Assembly (NCBI GenBank): GCA_016930875.1
Contig: JAFGFW010000047.1
Location: 65,587 to 129,586 of the forward strand
Origin: Deltaproteobacteria bacterium
Lineage (GTDB): Bacteria; Desulfobacterota; Desulfobacteria; Desulfobacterales; C00003060
Length of the DNA stretch: 64,000 bases
Direction: 5' to 3'
Shown here: positions 55,525 through 64,000 of the stretch, one piece after another
How the letters are laid out: each line of letters opens with the position of its first letter
Numbering within the stretch: the stretch's first letter is position 1
Notes under the pieces: generated by a model
Told to the model about the DNA's origin: nothing
Databases searched by the model: none
The model's input: only the letters and a program-made list of their open reading frames with translations
Translations under genes and position numbers: made by a program

Positions 55525-56189
55525 GACCTGAGATCCTCTCTGACCATCTTTCTAGGGCCGCCGTGTCCGGCTGGTGACCAGTTTTTCACGGGAAAAATCT
55601 CTTCCAACACCTCCAGCCGGTCAAGCCTGCCGAGCCGATCAATGATTAATTGCCATACGCAATCTACGTCTTTGCTGATCTCGCACTTCCCGTTCATAGA
55701 CCCACCGCACGGGCCATTTAGAAGCTGCTTGGAACATCTGGCAATCGGGCAAAGCCCGGCCGTCTTGTGTAAGATACAATCCCCGCAGCCAGCACACCGT
55801 TCTGACCACACGCCCAATTCCTCGGTCACGCCCAAGAACGTGGTATTACAGCCCGGCAAGACTACCTTATCAGGAAACCGTTCTGCCACCAACTGGACGC
55901 CAGCCCCACAGGCCAAAGAAAGCACGGCATCTGAGCCAGCCACCTTGTCTGCGATCATATCAACGAAATCAGGCTCACACTGCCGGTCGAGCGATCCTTC
56001 ATCTACAACAATGTCACGTCCCTCTTTTTTCCTGGCAATCCTTAGGAGAGAACCGAGTACTGAAACCTCCTTCGGACCGCCTGTACTACATACCGCGACA
56101 CAACCTTTGCAGCCAACTATCAAAATCCTTTGATAGTCCCTGACCATTTCAAGAATCTCCTCAATTGGCTTCATCTCTGCAATAATCAT
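55521..56189 (-). CDS. metV: MetV Fe-S subunit (copy 2)
   Basis: MIIAEMKPIEEILEMV..ILIVGCKGCVAVCSTGG... and CAGCGDCIL...CPIARCSKQLLNGPCGG are present. It overlaps metF by 4 nt. Confidence 0.8.
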   Translation of the reverse strand: MIIAEMKPIEEILEMVRDYQRILIVGCKGCVAVCSTGGPKEVSVLGSLLRIARKKEGRDIVVDEGSLDRQCEPDFVDMIADKVAGSDAVLSLACGAGVQLVAERFPDKVVLPGCNTTFLGVTEELGVWSERCAGCGDCILHKTAGLCPIARCSKQLLNGPCGGSMNGKCEISKDVDCVWQLIIDRLGRLDRLEVLEEIFPVKNWSPAGHGGPRKMVREDLRS

Positions 56190-56620
56190 ATATTCTCCTC
56201 TGTGCTATTCTTTCTTCGCAAAGGGCTGGGCCCCAGGGCCTTGATCCTCTCTGTCATCTCGTTGGCGATCTCCGCAAAACGCGGGCCCTCGGCAGAGGAC
56301 AGGTTAAACATTTCTACGCGTTCTTCCTCGATACCGAGCCTGCCCACCAGGTCCTTGGCCATCCGGACCCGCCTCTTTGCCTTAAAGTTTCCTTCAATAA
56401 AATGACATCCCCCTTCCAAGCATCCGGCCACCAAGACCCCGTCGGCGCCATCCTCTATGGCACGGAGAATGTGTATGACATCTATCGTGCCGCTACAAGG
56501 GACTAGAATAATCCGGATGTTGGGAGCATATCTTAAACGCATAGACCCTGCCAGGTCTGCTGCCGCATAGGCGCAATACTGGCAACAGAAGGCGATGATT
56601 TTTGGCTCAAACTTTTTCAT
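56186..56620 (-). CDS. mvhD: MvhD-like (methyl-viologen-reducing hydrogenase delta subunit family) [2Fe-2S] protein, Cys form
   Basis: The sequence is KIIAFCCQYCAYAAADLAG...IILVPCSGTIDV..ILRAIEDGADGVLVAGCLEGGCHF. It overlaps metV by 4 nt and shares 1 nt with the hdrL stop (TAATG). Confidence 0.85.
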   Translation of the reverse strand: MKKFEPKIIAFCCQYCAYAAADLAGSMRLRYAPNIRIILVPCSGTIDVIHILRAIEDGADGVLVAGCLEGGCHFIEGNFKAKRRVRMAKDLVGRLGIEEERVEMFNLSSAEGPRFAEIANEMTERIKALGPSPLRRKNSTEENI

Positions 56621-59600
56621 TAATTCCTTAGTCCCTCAATCAAACACGCATCAATCTTGGCCATGATCTGCTCTGTAGTAATGCTGGCAAGCGTAATGGC
56701 CTGGTAAGGGCACTCGGCCACACACATCCCGCAGCCGTGGCATGTGTCTGCGTCTATTTGAGCTACACGATCTTCATTGATAAACGGAACAGAATAGGGA
56801 CAGGTGCGCACACAGGTCAAACAGGTGCCGCACGAAGCGGGATCTACGACGGCCACAGCTCCACTTATTGTTCTTTCTTTACGGGCAAGGACGGTGCCCG
56901 CCCTTGAAGCCGCTGCCTTGGCCTGCGCGATGCTTTCATCAATCGGTTTGGGGTAATGGGCTATGCCAGCCAGGAAAATACCCTCATTAGCAAAATCGAC
57001 CGGCCTGAGTTTAGCGTGGGCCTCCATGAAAAATCCGTCTTTGTTGCGCGGCAACTTATAGATATCAGCCAGGGGTGTATTATCACGCGGCACAATGGCA
57101 GAGGCGAGCACTACAATGTCGGGACTGATAACCAAATCCCGGCCCAGGATGAGATCCCTGGCAGTCACAACAATCTCAGTACCCGTTTTTTCAACTTTAG
57201 GTTTCAGCTCCGGCGTGTATCGAATAAAAGTAACCCTTTTACGCCTCGCTTCTCTGTAAAGCTCCTCTCTCTGCCCATAGGTACGAATGTCCCGGTAAAG
57301 GACATATATATCCATCTCCGGATTGATTTCCTTCAATTTCAAAGCGGATTTCATCGTGTGCGTACAACAAACCTTTGAGCAATAAGGTCTATCCGGTTCC
57401 CTGGACCCTACGCACTGGATAAATACCACGGTCTTTGCCCGGGAAACTTTCTTGTCTCCTTTGCTCATAGCTGCATCGAGTTCCAGGTGAGTCAAAACCC
57501 TTTCATCCTGACCATAAAGGTATTCAGTGGGCTTGTATTCTTTTCCACCTGCGGCCACGATCACAACTCCGTGCTCCAAGACAAAATCGGTACTGTTTCG
57601 GGAGATGGTCGTTTGGAAATTCCCCACAAACCCCGAGGCTTCCTTGATAGTGGACACATTGTACACGTCAATCAAGGGATGACCTTCCACCTGGTGGACC
57701 ATTTCTTTCACCCTGGCTCCAATTTCTTCTCCCTGCCAAGTGCTTAGGAGCCGAAGGGCATTTCCTCCTAGTTCATTCGATTGCTCCACAAGGTACGTAC
57801 GGAACCCCTGATCGGCCAGGCCAAGGGCCGCTGTCATACCGGAGATACCCCCTCCGATCACGAGGGCCTTATCGTCCACCGGAACGGTCAGCTCAGATAA
57901 TGGTTGCGTCAGCTTGGCCCTGGCAACCGCCATGCGCACGAGATCCTTTGACTTCTCAGTGGCTGCCACCGGATCTTGGGAATGTACCCAGGAGCACTGA
58001 TTTCTGATGTTGGCCATCTCCAGGAGGTACTTATTCACGCCTGCATCCCTGAGGGTTTCCTGGAACAGCCCTTCGTGTGTTGTGGGTGAGCAGGACGCAA
58101 CTACAACGCGGTTTAATCTTTCCCGCTGGATGACCTCTTTCATATGTTCCTGCGTGTCCTGGGAACAGGTAAAGAGGTTCTCTTCTGCGTGAACGACTCC
58201 GGGCAGGGTGCGGGCGCACTCAACAACTTCCGGCACATCCACAATCCCCACGATATTGATACCGCAGTCACACACGAAGACTCCGACGCGGGGCTCTTCA
58301 GAAGATATTTGTCTCTCTTCAGGATAGGTCCTTTCCCTGACCAGTGTCCCCCGCACATCTGACAGGGCTTCCTCTGCCTTGCAGGCGGCCGCGCTCGCTT
58401 CCATGACCGAATACGGAATATCCTTTGGCGCCTGGAAGGCCCCGCAGACGTAAATGCCCTTTCGGGAGGTGTTAACAGGACTAAAGATTTCGGTTTGTAC
58501 AAAGTGGTCCTGGTCGAGATCAATTTCCAGGCGTTTGGCAAGTTCGATAAGCGACTTGGAGGTCTCCATGCCTACCGAGAGAACAACCAGATCGAATCTC
58601 TCGATCCGGATATCACCGTTTTTATCTACATATCGCAGGGTCAAATCGTGACTATCCGGGTCTTCTTCGATCGTATGAATCCTGGAGCGGATAAATCTGA
58701 CCCCGTAGTCTTTTCTGGCCCGGTCATAATAACTTTCGAAATCTTTTCCATAGGTCCTCATATCCATGAAGAAAATGGCCGTATCTACATCATGTTCAAC
58801 GTGTTCCCTGGCAATCACGGCCTCCTTAATGGCATACATGCAACAGACCGATGAGCAATAGGGGTGATCACATCGGTTGACGCCCCTCGAACCGATGCAT
58901 TGCAGCCATGCGATCTTTTGGGGTTCTTTCCGATCTGATGGCCGCTGGAGATGACCTCCATAGGGCCCGGTGGGGCTCAGAATGCGCTCAAACTCCATGC
59001 TGGTGACAACATTGGGGAATTGAGCATAGCCGTAAGTATCGAGCCCTGCCGGATCAAAAGTCTCACTTCCCAGGGCAAGTATCACAGAACCGACATTGAT
59101 ATCGAACGATCTGTCTGTCATATCATGGTTTATTGCCTGGGCCTTACAGGCATCCACACATTGAAAACACTCACAACATACGCCGCAGTCAAGACAACGG
59201 GCAGCTTCTCTCTTTGCTGTTTCTTCATGCATTGAGAGATTGGTCTCTTTAAAGTTTTTTGTCCTTTGGGTAACATCAAGGGTAGGGATTGCAGCACGGG
59301 GTATTTTTGGTTCTATTGTATCAATAGGCCTGTAGTCTGTTTCCGAATCCTTACCGGAATCTTCTTGAGAAGATGGTAAAATCTCTTTGCCCTGGAGATA
59401 GGCAGAAATGGAGGCAGCCGCCTTTTTCGCTTGAGCGATTGCCTCGATCACCGTCTTTGGGCCGGTAACCACATCACCACCTGCAAAGACACCCTTCTTT
59501 GTTGTTGCAAGGGTATCCGGGTCAACATTCAGCAGGCCATATTCTGAGAATCCAATATCGCTAACGCCTGTAGCAAATGATTTATCAGGTCTCTGGCCAA

Positions 59601-61137
59601 TAGCAGCTATGACATGCTCGCCCGGAATAAGAAACCCAGACCCATCAATAGGAACAGGTCTTTGCCTGCCAGAGCTATCCGGTTCGGCGAGCCTGTTTTT
59701 GAGGCATTCCAGCCCCTTCAGGATACCGTCATCGCCTATGACTTTTTTCGGTGTTACCAAAACATGGAGATGCACACCCTCCTCCAATGCCTCGTTGACC
59801 TCAAAGGGATCAGCAGGCATTTCATTACGGCTTCGCCTGTAGACGATATGAACCTCCTCGGCCCCTAAACGGACCGACACCCTGGCAGCATCAATCGCTG
59901 CATTACCTCCGCCAACAATGACGACCTTCCCGTTGATTTCCTTGACCTTCCCTAAATTTACCCCTCTTAACCACGAGGCGCATTGATGAAAGTTCTCAAA
60001 TCCGTCTTCTCCGGGAATATCTAACTTGATCCCTTTATGGGCTCCAGTCGAAACATAGACTGCCCCGTAACCTTCCGCAAATAGGTCGTCTAACGTCTTC
60101 TTTTTACCTATCGGGGTGTTTGTCTTTATCTCAACACCAAGCCGCTTTATGTTCTCGATCTCTCTATGTAAGACATCTCGGGGGAGACGGTATGCCGGGA
60201 TACCGAGTGCAAGCATTCCTCCGGGTATACTTGAGGCCTCAAATATGGTAGGCTTGAATCCATCCAGTGCCAGAAAATACGCTACGGAAAGGCCGCTCGG
60301 GCCTGAGCCGATAATGGCAACTCTCCCTTCTCGGGGTGTGATCTGTGGCACTGGCAGGGAAAGGATGTCAACCTGGTCAGCGGCAAACCGCTTTAGTTCC
60401 TTAATAGAGACGGCCTCATCCACCTGACAGCGGCGACACTCCTCTTCACAGAATCTTACACACACCCTCCCGAGAACCCCTGGAAGGGGCATGTCCCGCA
60501 TGATTATCTCAACGGCCTCCTCATACTTGCCGGCCTTTATCATGGCCACGTAGCCCTGGACATTGATATGGGCCGGGCAGGCAGAAATGCAAGGAGGCCT
60601 GTCTTTCTTGTCAATGGTATAGGCCCGCGGAACGCTTTGCGGATAGGGAAGGTACGTTGCTTTCCTCGTACATAGCCCTTGGTTATATTCATCCGGAACG
60701 CTTACCGGGCAGACTTGAGCACAATCTCCACATCCCGTACACTTATCAAGATCTATATAGCGTGCTTTTTGGTGTATCCAGGCATGGAAGTTACCCTCTG
60801 CACCGGTAATGCTCTCTATCTCGGAAAGGGTTAATATCTCGATATTCAGGTGCCGGCTACACTCCACCAGCTTTGGCCCCATGATACACATGGAGCAATC
60901 GTTTGTAGGGAATGTCTTATCCAACTGAGACATCTTGCCGCCAATAGTCGATGATTTTTCAACCAGGTACACAAAAAACCCTGAATCTGCCAGATCAAGG
61001 GCCGCCTGTATGCCGGTGATACCACCACCCACAACCATGACCGCCCCTACCTTGCCCTCTGGCATCTCTATCCTTTCTGTAAGTTTTTTCTTTGTTGAGC
61101 CCATAGATGGTCTGCCCTTTTTAGCATTCCGAAGCAA
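56620..61137 (-). CDS. hdrL: Giant HdrA-like flavoprotein: HdrA with an inserted GltD-like NAD(P)H module, plus a second HdrA unit (HdrL-type, about 1480-1505 aa)
   Basis: The first HdrA FAD motif is VMVVGGGITGIQAALDLADSG. The GltD-like insert spans about residues 181-585 (CPAHINVQGYV..., VAIIGSGPSGLSVAYFLA, VIVGGGNAAID). HdrA Cys motifs are LQCIGSRG..YCSSVCCMY and IQCVGSRE..YCSKVCCTH. The second FAD motif is ALVIGGGISGMTAALGLA. A C-terminal 2x[4Fe-4S] is present. The maximal ORF begins at TTG 61137. Alternative starts are ATG 61104 and ATG 61065; the latter has the best RBS (AAAGGA). Confidence 0.8.
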   Translation of the reverse strand: MLRNAKKGRPSMGSTKKKLTERIEMPEGKVGAVMVVGGGITGIQAALDLADSGFFVYLVEKSSTIGGKMSQLDKTFPTNDCSMCIMGPKLVECSRHLNIEILTLSEIESITGAEGNFHAWIHQKARYIDLDKCTGCGDCAQVCPVSVPDEYNQGLCTRKATYLPYPQSVPRAYTIDKKDRPPCISACPAHINVQGYVAMIKAGKYEEAVEIIMRDMPLPGVLGRVCVRFCEEECRRCQVDEAVSIKELKRFAADQVDILSLPVPQITPREGRVAIIGSGPSGLSVAYFLALDGFKPTIFEASSIPGGMLALGIPAYRLPRDVLHREIENIKRLGVEIKTNTPIGKKKTLDDLFAEGYGAVYVSTGAHKGIKLDIPGEDGFENFHQCASWLRGVNLGKVKEINGKVVIVGGGNAAIDAARVSVRLGAEEVHIVYRRSRNEMPADPFEVNEALEEGVHLHVLVTPKKVIGDDGILKGLECLKNRLAEPDSSGRQRPVPIDGSGFLIPGEHVIAAIGQRPDKSFATGVSDIGFSEYGLLNVDPDTLATTKKGVFAGGDVVTGPKTVIEAIAQAKKAAASISAYLQGKEILPSSQEDSGKDSETDYRPIDTIEPKIPRAAIPTLDVTQRTKNFKETNLSMHEETAKREAARCLDCGVCCECFQCVDACKAQAINHDMTDRSFDINVGSVILALGSETFDPAGLDTYGYAQFPNVVTSMEFERILSPTGPYGGHLQRPSDRKEPQKIAWLQCIGSRGVNRCDHPYCSSVCCMYAIKEAVIAREHVEHDVDTAIFFMDMRTYGKDFESYYDRARKDYGVRFIRSRIHTIEEDPDSHDLTLRYVDKNGDIRIERFDLVVLSVGMETSKSLIELAKRLEIDLDQDHFVQTEIFSPVNTSRKGIYVCGAFQAPKDIPYSVMEASAAACKAEEALSDVRGTLVRERTYPEERQISSEEPRVGVFVCDCGINIVGIVDVPEVVECARTLPGVVHAEENLFTCSQDTQEHMKEVIQRERLNRVVVASCSPTTHEGLFQETLRDAGVNKYLLEMANIRNQCSWVHSQDPVAATEKSKDLVRMAVARAKLTQPLSELTVPVDDKALVIGGGISGMTAALGLADQGFRTYLVEQSNELGGNALRLLSTWQGEEIGARVKEMVHQVEGHPLIDVYNVSTIKEASGFVGNFQTTISRNSTDFVLEHGVVIVAAGGKEYKPTEYLYGQDERVLTHLELDAAMSKGDKKVSRAKTVVFIQCVGSREPDRPYCSKVCCTHTMKSALKLKEINPEMDIYVLYRDIRTYGQREELYREARRKRVTFIRYTPELKPKVEKTGTEIVVTARDLILGRDLVISPDIVVLASAIVPRDNTPLADIYKLPRNKDGFFMEAHAKLRPVDFANEGIFLAGIAHYPKPIDESIAQAKAAASRAGTVLARKERTISGAVAVVDPASCGTCLTCVRTCPYSVPFINEDRVAQIDADTCHGCGMCVAECPYQAITLASITTEQIMAKIDACLIEGLRN

Positions 61138-61278
61138 TCAAAAAAACATAAGGGGATGATGCTGAACAGGTCACCCCGCTACTGAGGTCTTCGCAACTCC
61201 CTTCACCTCTGCGGCACAAAGTCTCAACTCGCCCTTGATGTCTGCTGTGATTTGAGGCATATTTCATCCATCCGTTTT

Positions 61279-62262
61279 TTACCGTCTTAAAGGGCTGGGT
61301 CCCAGCATCTTCACTCTTTTATTCATTTCTCGGGATACCTCCATGAACCTGTCAGGCTGATCACGGGGCACCATAAAAATCTCGATACGCTCAGGGGCTA
61401 TCTCTAATTTCGATAGGGCCTTTTTCACGTATTCGACCCGTTTTTTTGCCCTATGGCTTCCCGTCAAATTGTGACAGGCCTCTTCCTCACATCCGACAAC
61501 GCAGACACCGTCAGCCTGCTCTTCAAAAACGCCAAGGAGACGGGTAACTTTCAATTCGCCCGTGCAGGGCACAACCTCTAACCTGACATTCCTGGGAAAT
61601 GCTGACACATAGAGGCCTTCCAGATCACTGATCCAATTTCCGATTACATACTGACAACAAAACATTATTATCTTTGGCACGAAAACACGACCCAGGGGCT
61701 CCTCAAATGTCGAGGTTTGTTGCCGTGTGGCGGGTTTTTTAAGGACAATAGCCTCGCCTGGGCATTCGGCCACGCATATACCGCAGGCCCTGCACTTTAA
61801 TGGATTAAACTCAATAAAACCAAGCCCCTTCTCTTTGATAGAAGGCGCGTTGAAAGGGCAGATACGGAGGCATGTCAAACATCCCATACACTTGCCGGTA
61901 CTCAATGCGGGTAACTTCCCTATGGCTTCCAGTTTACCAATATCAACATATCCCTCCCTAACGGCCATTTCACGAAGCACATCCACAATGCCATTAAACC
62001 CCACATCCTGCGGACAGACAAATTTGCACGTATCACAATGGGAGCAATACCAGAGAGCTCCGGAACGGAGGAGTCGATCTTTAAGACCCAGTTTGATCAT
62101 GTGGAGAATTTTTCGGGGGTCAAAGGCGGGCTCAGCTTGGCTGACAGGACAGATACCCGTGCAGGCGCCACACTCAAAACACCGGTTGACCAGCTCGCCG
62201 CCAGGCATTGCAGTCACTTCAAACTTAAATTGATAGTGGAAATCATGCTTGGTTATGGTCAA
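61279..62262 (-). CDS. Fusion protein: HdrC-like/ferredoxin 4Fe-4S domains plus a C-terminal MvhD domain (327 aa)
   Basis: The N-terminal cluster motifs are CFECGACTGICPV...CSHCDTCKFVCPQ (HdrC-like). Then come CMGCLTCLRICPF and CRACGICVAECPG. The C-terminal MvhD part reads KIIMFCCQYV...VVPCTGELKV...ADGVCVVGCEEEACHN. The start is TTG after AGGGAG; the alternative is ATG 62211. Confidence 0.75.
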   Translation of the reverse strand: MTITKHDFHYQFKFEVTAMPGGELVNRCFECGACTGICPVSQAEPAFDPRKILHMIKLGLKDRLLRSGALWYCSHCDTCKFVCPQDVGFNGIVDVLREMAVREGYVDIGKLEAIGKLPALSTGKCMGCLTCLRICPFNAPSIKEKGLGFIEFNPLKCRACGICVAECPGEAIVLKKPATRQQTSTFEEPLGRVFVPKIIMFCCQYVIGNWISDLEGLYVSAFPRNVRLEVVPCTGELKVTRLLGVFEEQADGVCVVGCEEEACHNLTGSHRAKKRVEYVKKALSKLEIAPERIEIFMVPRDQPDRFMEVSREMNKRVKMLGPSPLRR

Positions 62263-62403
62263 CGTATACTCCCTATAAAATCGCTGCTCGATTTTATATA
62301 ACGCGGCGCCGACTTCGCCATAGTAGCCATGGCTACGACGGCTGAATGCGCCACCTAAAATTTGAACTTCCTATACTATCAAACGCTTTTTCTTATCTGT
62401 TCC

Positions 62404-63045
62404 TCACTGGTGCGCTCCTGATTCTGCGATCGTCCTCTCCTGCTTTGCCATCTCACGCATCATGGCCTCGTTGATTTTCTCGGCCATCTTTGCTTCAATC
62501 ACCTCAGGCGTATAGTCATTTTCCTTTCTCAGATTCAGGGCAAGCTTGCCCCAGCGCGTCCGCAGCTTGATATTCTCTACAGCGGATCTGGCCGCCGACA
62601 GCTTCAACTTGAGTTCATCTTCGGCCATGGCCTCGGTGTCCCCCAACGGACCCAGTTGCTTGATTGTGCCGGTAAAGCTCGTTATCAAGCGCACAAAGAG
62701 TGGGGCCTCGGCTGCCGAAGCCCAATTCAACTCCAGCCTCTTGGGCTCTATGCCCGCGATCTCGAGCACCTTGTGGGTAACGTGGGCAGTCACTATGGCA
62801 TCATAATTACCAACCTGGTAATGGCACTCTCCAAGCTGTCAGCCGCCCACAAAGACCCCGTCCGCTCCCTGGCGAAAAGCCTCAATGATGAAGAGCGGAT
62901 CAACTCTGCCCGTACACATAACCCTGATTACCCGGATATTGGGTGGGTATTGAAAACGTACTACCCCTGCCCCATCGGCTGCCGCATAGCAGCACCAGTT
63001 GCAGAGGAAACCAAGTATTTTTGGTTCAAATTTGTTATCTTTCAT
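62404..63045 (-). CDS. mvhD: Selenocysteine-containing MvhD-like protein (213 aa, U69)
   Basis: The track ORFs 62839..63069 and 62404..62793 share a frame, separated only by TGA at 62839-62841. Read-through gives ...[29 protein letters not shown].... The U aligns with the Cys of GVLVAGC-LEGGCHF and GVCVVGC-EEEACHN in the two paralogues in this window. The start is ATG 63045 ([20 protein letters not shown]). Confidence 0.8.
62806..62838 (-). promoter_or_regulatory. Candidate SECIS hairpin for the MvhD UGA
   Basis: The mRNA after the UGA reads CAGCUUGGAGAGUGCC-AUUACC-AGGUU-GGUAAU. This forms a 6-bp stem with a G/U-rich apical loop, beginning 16 nt downstream of the UGA. Confidence 0.45.
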
Positions 63046-63062
63046 TTCGCTTACTCCGTAGG

Positions 63063-64000
63063 CTAACAACCTTCACCAAACGCCCCTATCTGCGACAGGA
63101 TCTGCTTGTTGGTGAATCCATCCATGGATATGGACAACGTGGGACAATGGGAAGCGCATATGCCACATCCCTTACATGAGGCAGAGATTGTCTCGGCTTT
63201 TTTCTTTTTGCCGACTTTTATCATTCTAATGGAAGCATAAGGACACAGGCTCTCACATATTCCACATCCAATACAGGTTTCTATATCTACTGAAGAGACA
63301 ATGGGCTCTACCGTGACATATCCCCTGCCCAGCAAAATGGCTGCCTTTGCTGCAGCGGCCTTGGCCTGTGATATTGAATCACCAATCGATTTCGGCCAAT
63401 GGGCCAGCCCACAAATAAATACCCCCGCTACAGCAGACTCAACAGGGCGAAGTTTCACATGCGCCTCTAAGATGAAATTCTCCTCAGTTGTAGCAATCTT
63501 CAACATCTTCGACAGTCTTTCAATTTCATTAGGCACTATTGCCACGCTAAGCACTAGATAATCAGGCTCAATCTGAACAGTCTCCCCCAGGATCATATCC
63601 GTAAATTCCACACGAATAGATCCTGCGTGGTCAGTTACTCTTGGCTTGTCGTCCACCTCGTAGCGAATAAAGATAATCCCTTTATCCCTTGCCTCTGTGT
63701 AGTAATCCTCCACAAAACCACAGGTGCGCATCTGCCTGAACAAAACATAAATATTGGCATCCGGGTTTAACCGGCGAACCTTCAAAGCATTTTTTACTGC
63801 ATGACCGCAGCAGATTCTGCTACAATACCCAAGATCTTCACCCCTTGACCCAACGCACTGAATCATTACAATGTCTTCTATGGTTTTCGGGTCCGGAGAG
63901 CCTGCCAATATCTTTTCGAACTCAAGCTGCGTGACTACCTGTTCGGACTCGCCATATAGATACCTTTTACTCTGGTACTCACGGCCTCCGGTTGCAATAA
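63063..64000 (-). CDS. hdrA: HdrA-like flavoprotein, C-terminal part (5' end outside the window)
   Basis: The frame is open to the window edge: ...[37 protein letters not shown].... Then come the HdrA motif [21 protein letters not shown] and a C-terminal 2x[4Fe-4S] ([26 protein letters not shown]). The ORF-track start at 63908 is an internal TTG. Confidence 0.8.
   Translation of the reverse strand, partial: IATGGREYQSKRYLYGESEQVVTQLEFEKILAGSPDPKTIEDIVMIQCVGSRGEDLGYCSRICCGHAVKNALKVRRLNPDANIYVLFRQMRTCGFVEDYYTEARDKGIIFIRYEVDDKPRVTDHAGSIRVEFTDMILGETVQIEPDYLVLSVAIVPNEIERLSKMLKIATTEENFILEAHVKLRPVESAVAGVFICGLAHWPKSIGDSISQAKAAAAKAAILLGRGYVTVEPIVSSVDIETCIGCGICESLCPYASIRMIKVGKKKKAETISASCKGCGICASHCPTLSISMDGFTNKQILSQIGAFGEGC

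Noticed and set aside
61171-61260. A 29-codon ORF (MPQITADIKGELRLCAAEVKGVAKTSVAG) in the gap upstream of hdrL.
   Set aside because: It is very short, has a weak RBS and no recognisable features. It cannot be distinguished from chance without comparative or ribosome-profiling data.
62404-63069. Two small ORFs (76 aa and 129 aa) that might be a frameshifted or pseudogenised mvhD.
   Set aside because: There is no frameshift. The single in-frame TGA aligns with a conserved Cys of the two MvhD paralogues in the window and has a downstream hairpin. I interpret it as Sec read-through.

Overview
The window looks like a chromosomal segment from an anaerobic, Desulfobacterota-like bacterium; that taxonomic call is an inference from gene content. 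All function calls rest on motif recognition by eye, with no database searches. There are four blocks. (1) 1-15.9 kb is a type IV pilus cluster: a pilX-like gene, pilY1, two LysM proteins, a PilF-like TPR protein and an HTH regulator followed by pilMNOPQ. (2) 16.3-30.2 kb is housekeeping: ETF-ubiquinone oxidoreductase, tRNA-Gly(CCC), rimP-nusA-infB-DUF503-rbfA-truB-rpsO-pnp, an M16 peptidase, dut and an MBL hydrolase. (3) 30.3-37.8 kb contains an AT-rich three-gene module on the minus strand: a membrane-anchored vWA protein, a 790-aa divergent tubulin/FtsZ-like protein and an HDOD protein. It faces an HDOD-histidine kinase and a lipoprotein, and is the best candidate here for an undescribed system. 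(4) 38.0-64.0 kb is a co-directional minus-strand Wood-Ljungdahl and electron-bifurcation supercluster. In transcription order it reads hdrA (partial), mvhD(Sec), hdrC-mvhD fusion, hdrL-like giant HdrA/GltD fusion, mvhD, metV-metF, two receiver proteins, a hybrid histidine kinase, a second metV-metF, acsD-acsB-acsC-acsE, a GltD-fused formate dehydrogenase and pabB-pabC. Two ORF pairs in the track are really single selenoproteins read through in-frame UGA: the formate dehydrogenase and one MvhD. Intergenic DNA carries several structured repeat families, including MITE-like inverted-repeat elements and short-period low-complexity spacers. No CRISPR array, rRNA gene or transposase/integrase gene was seen.
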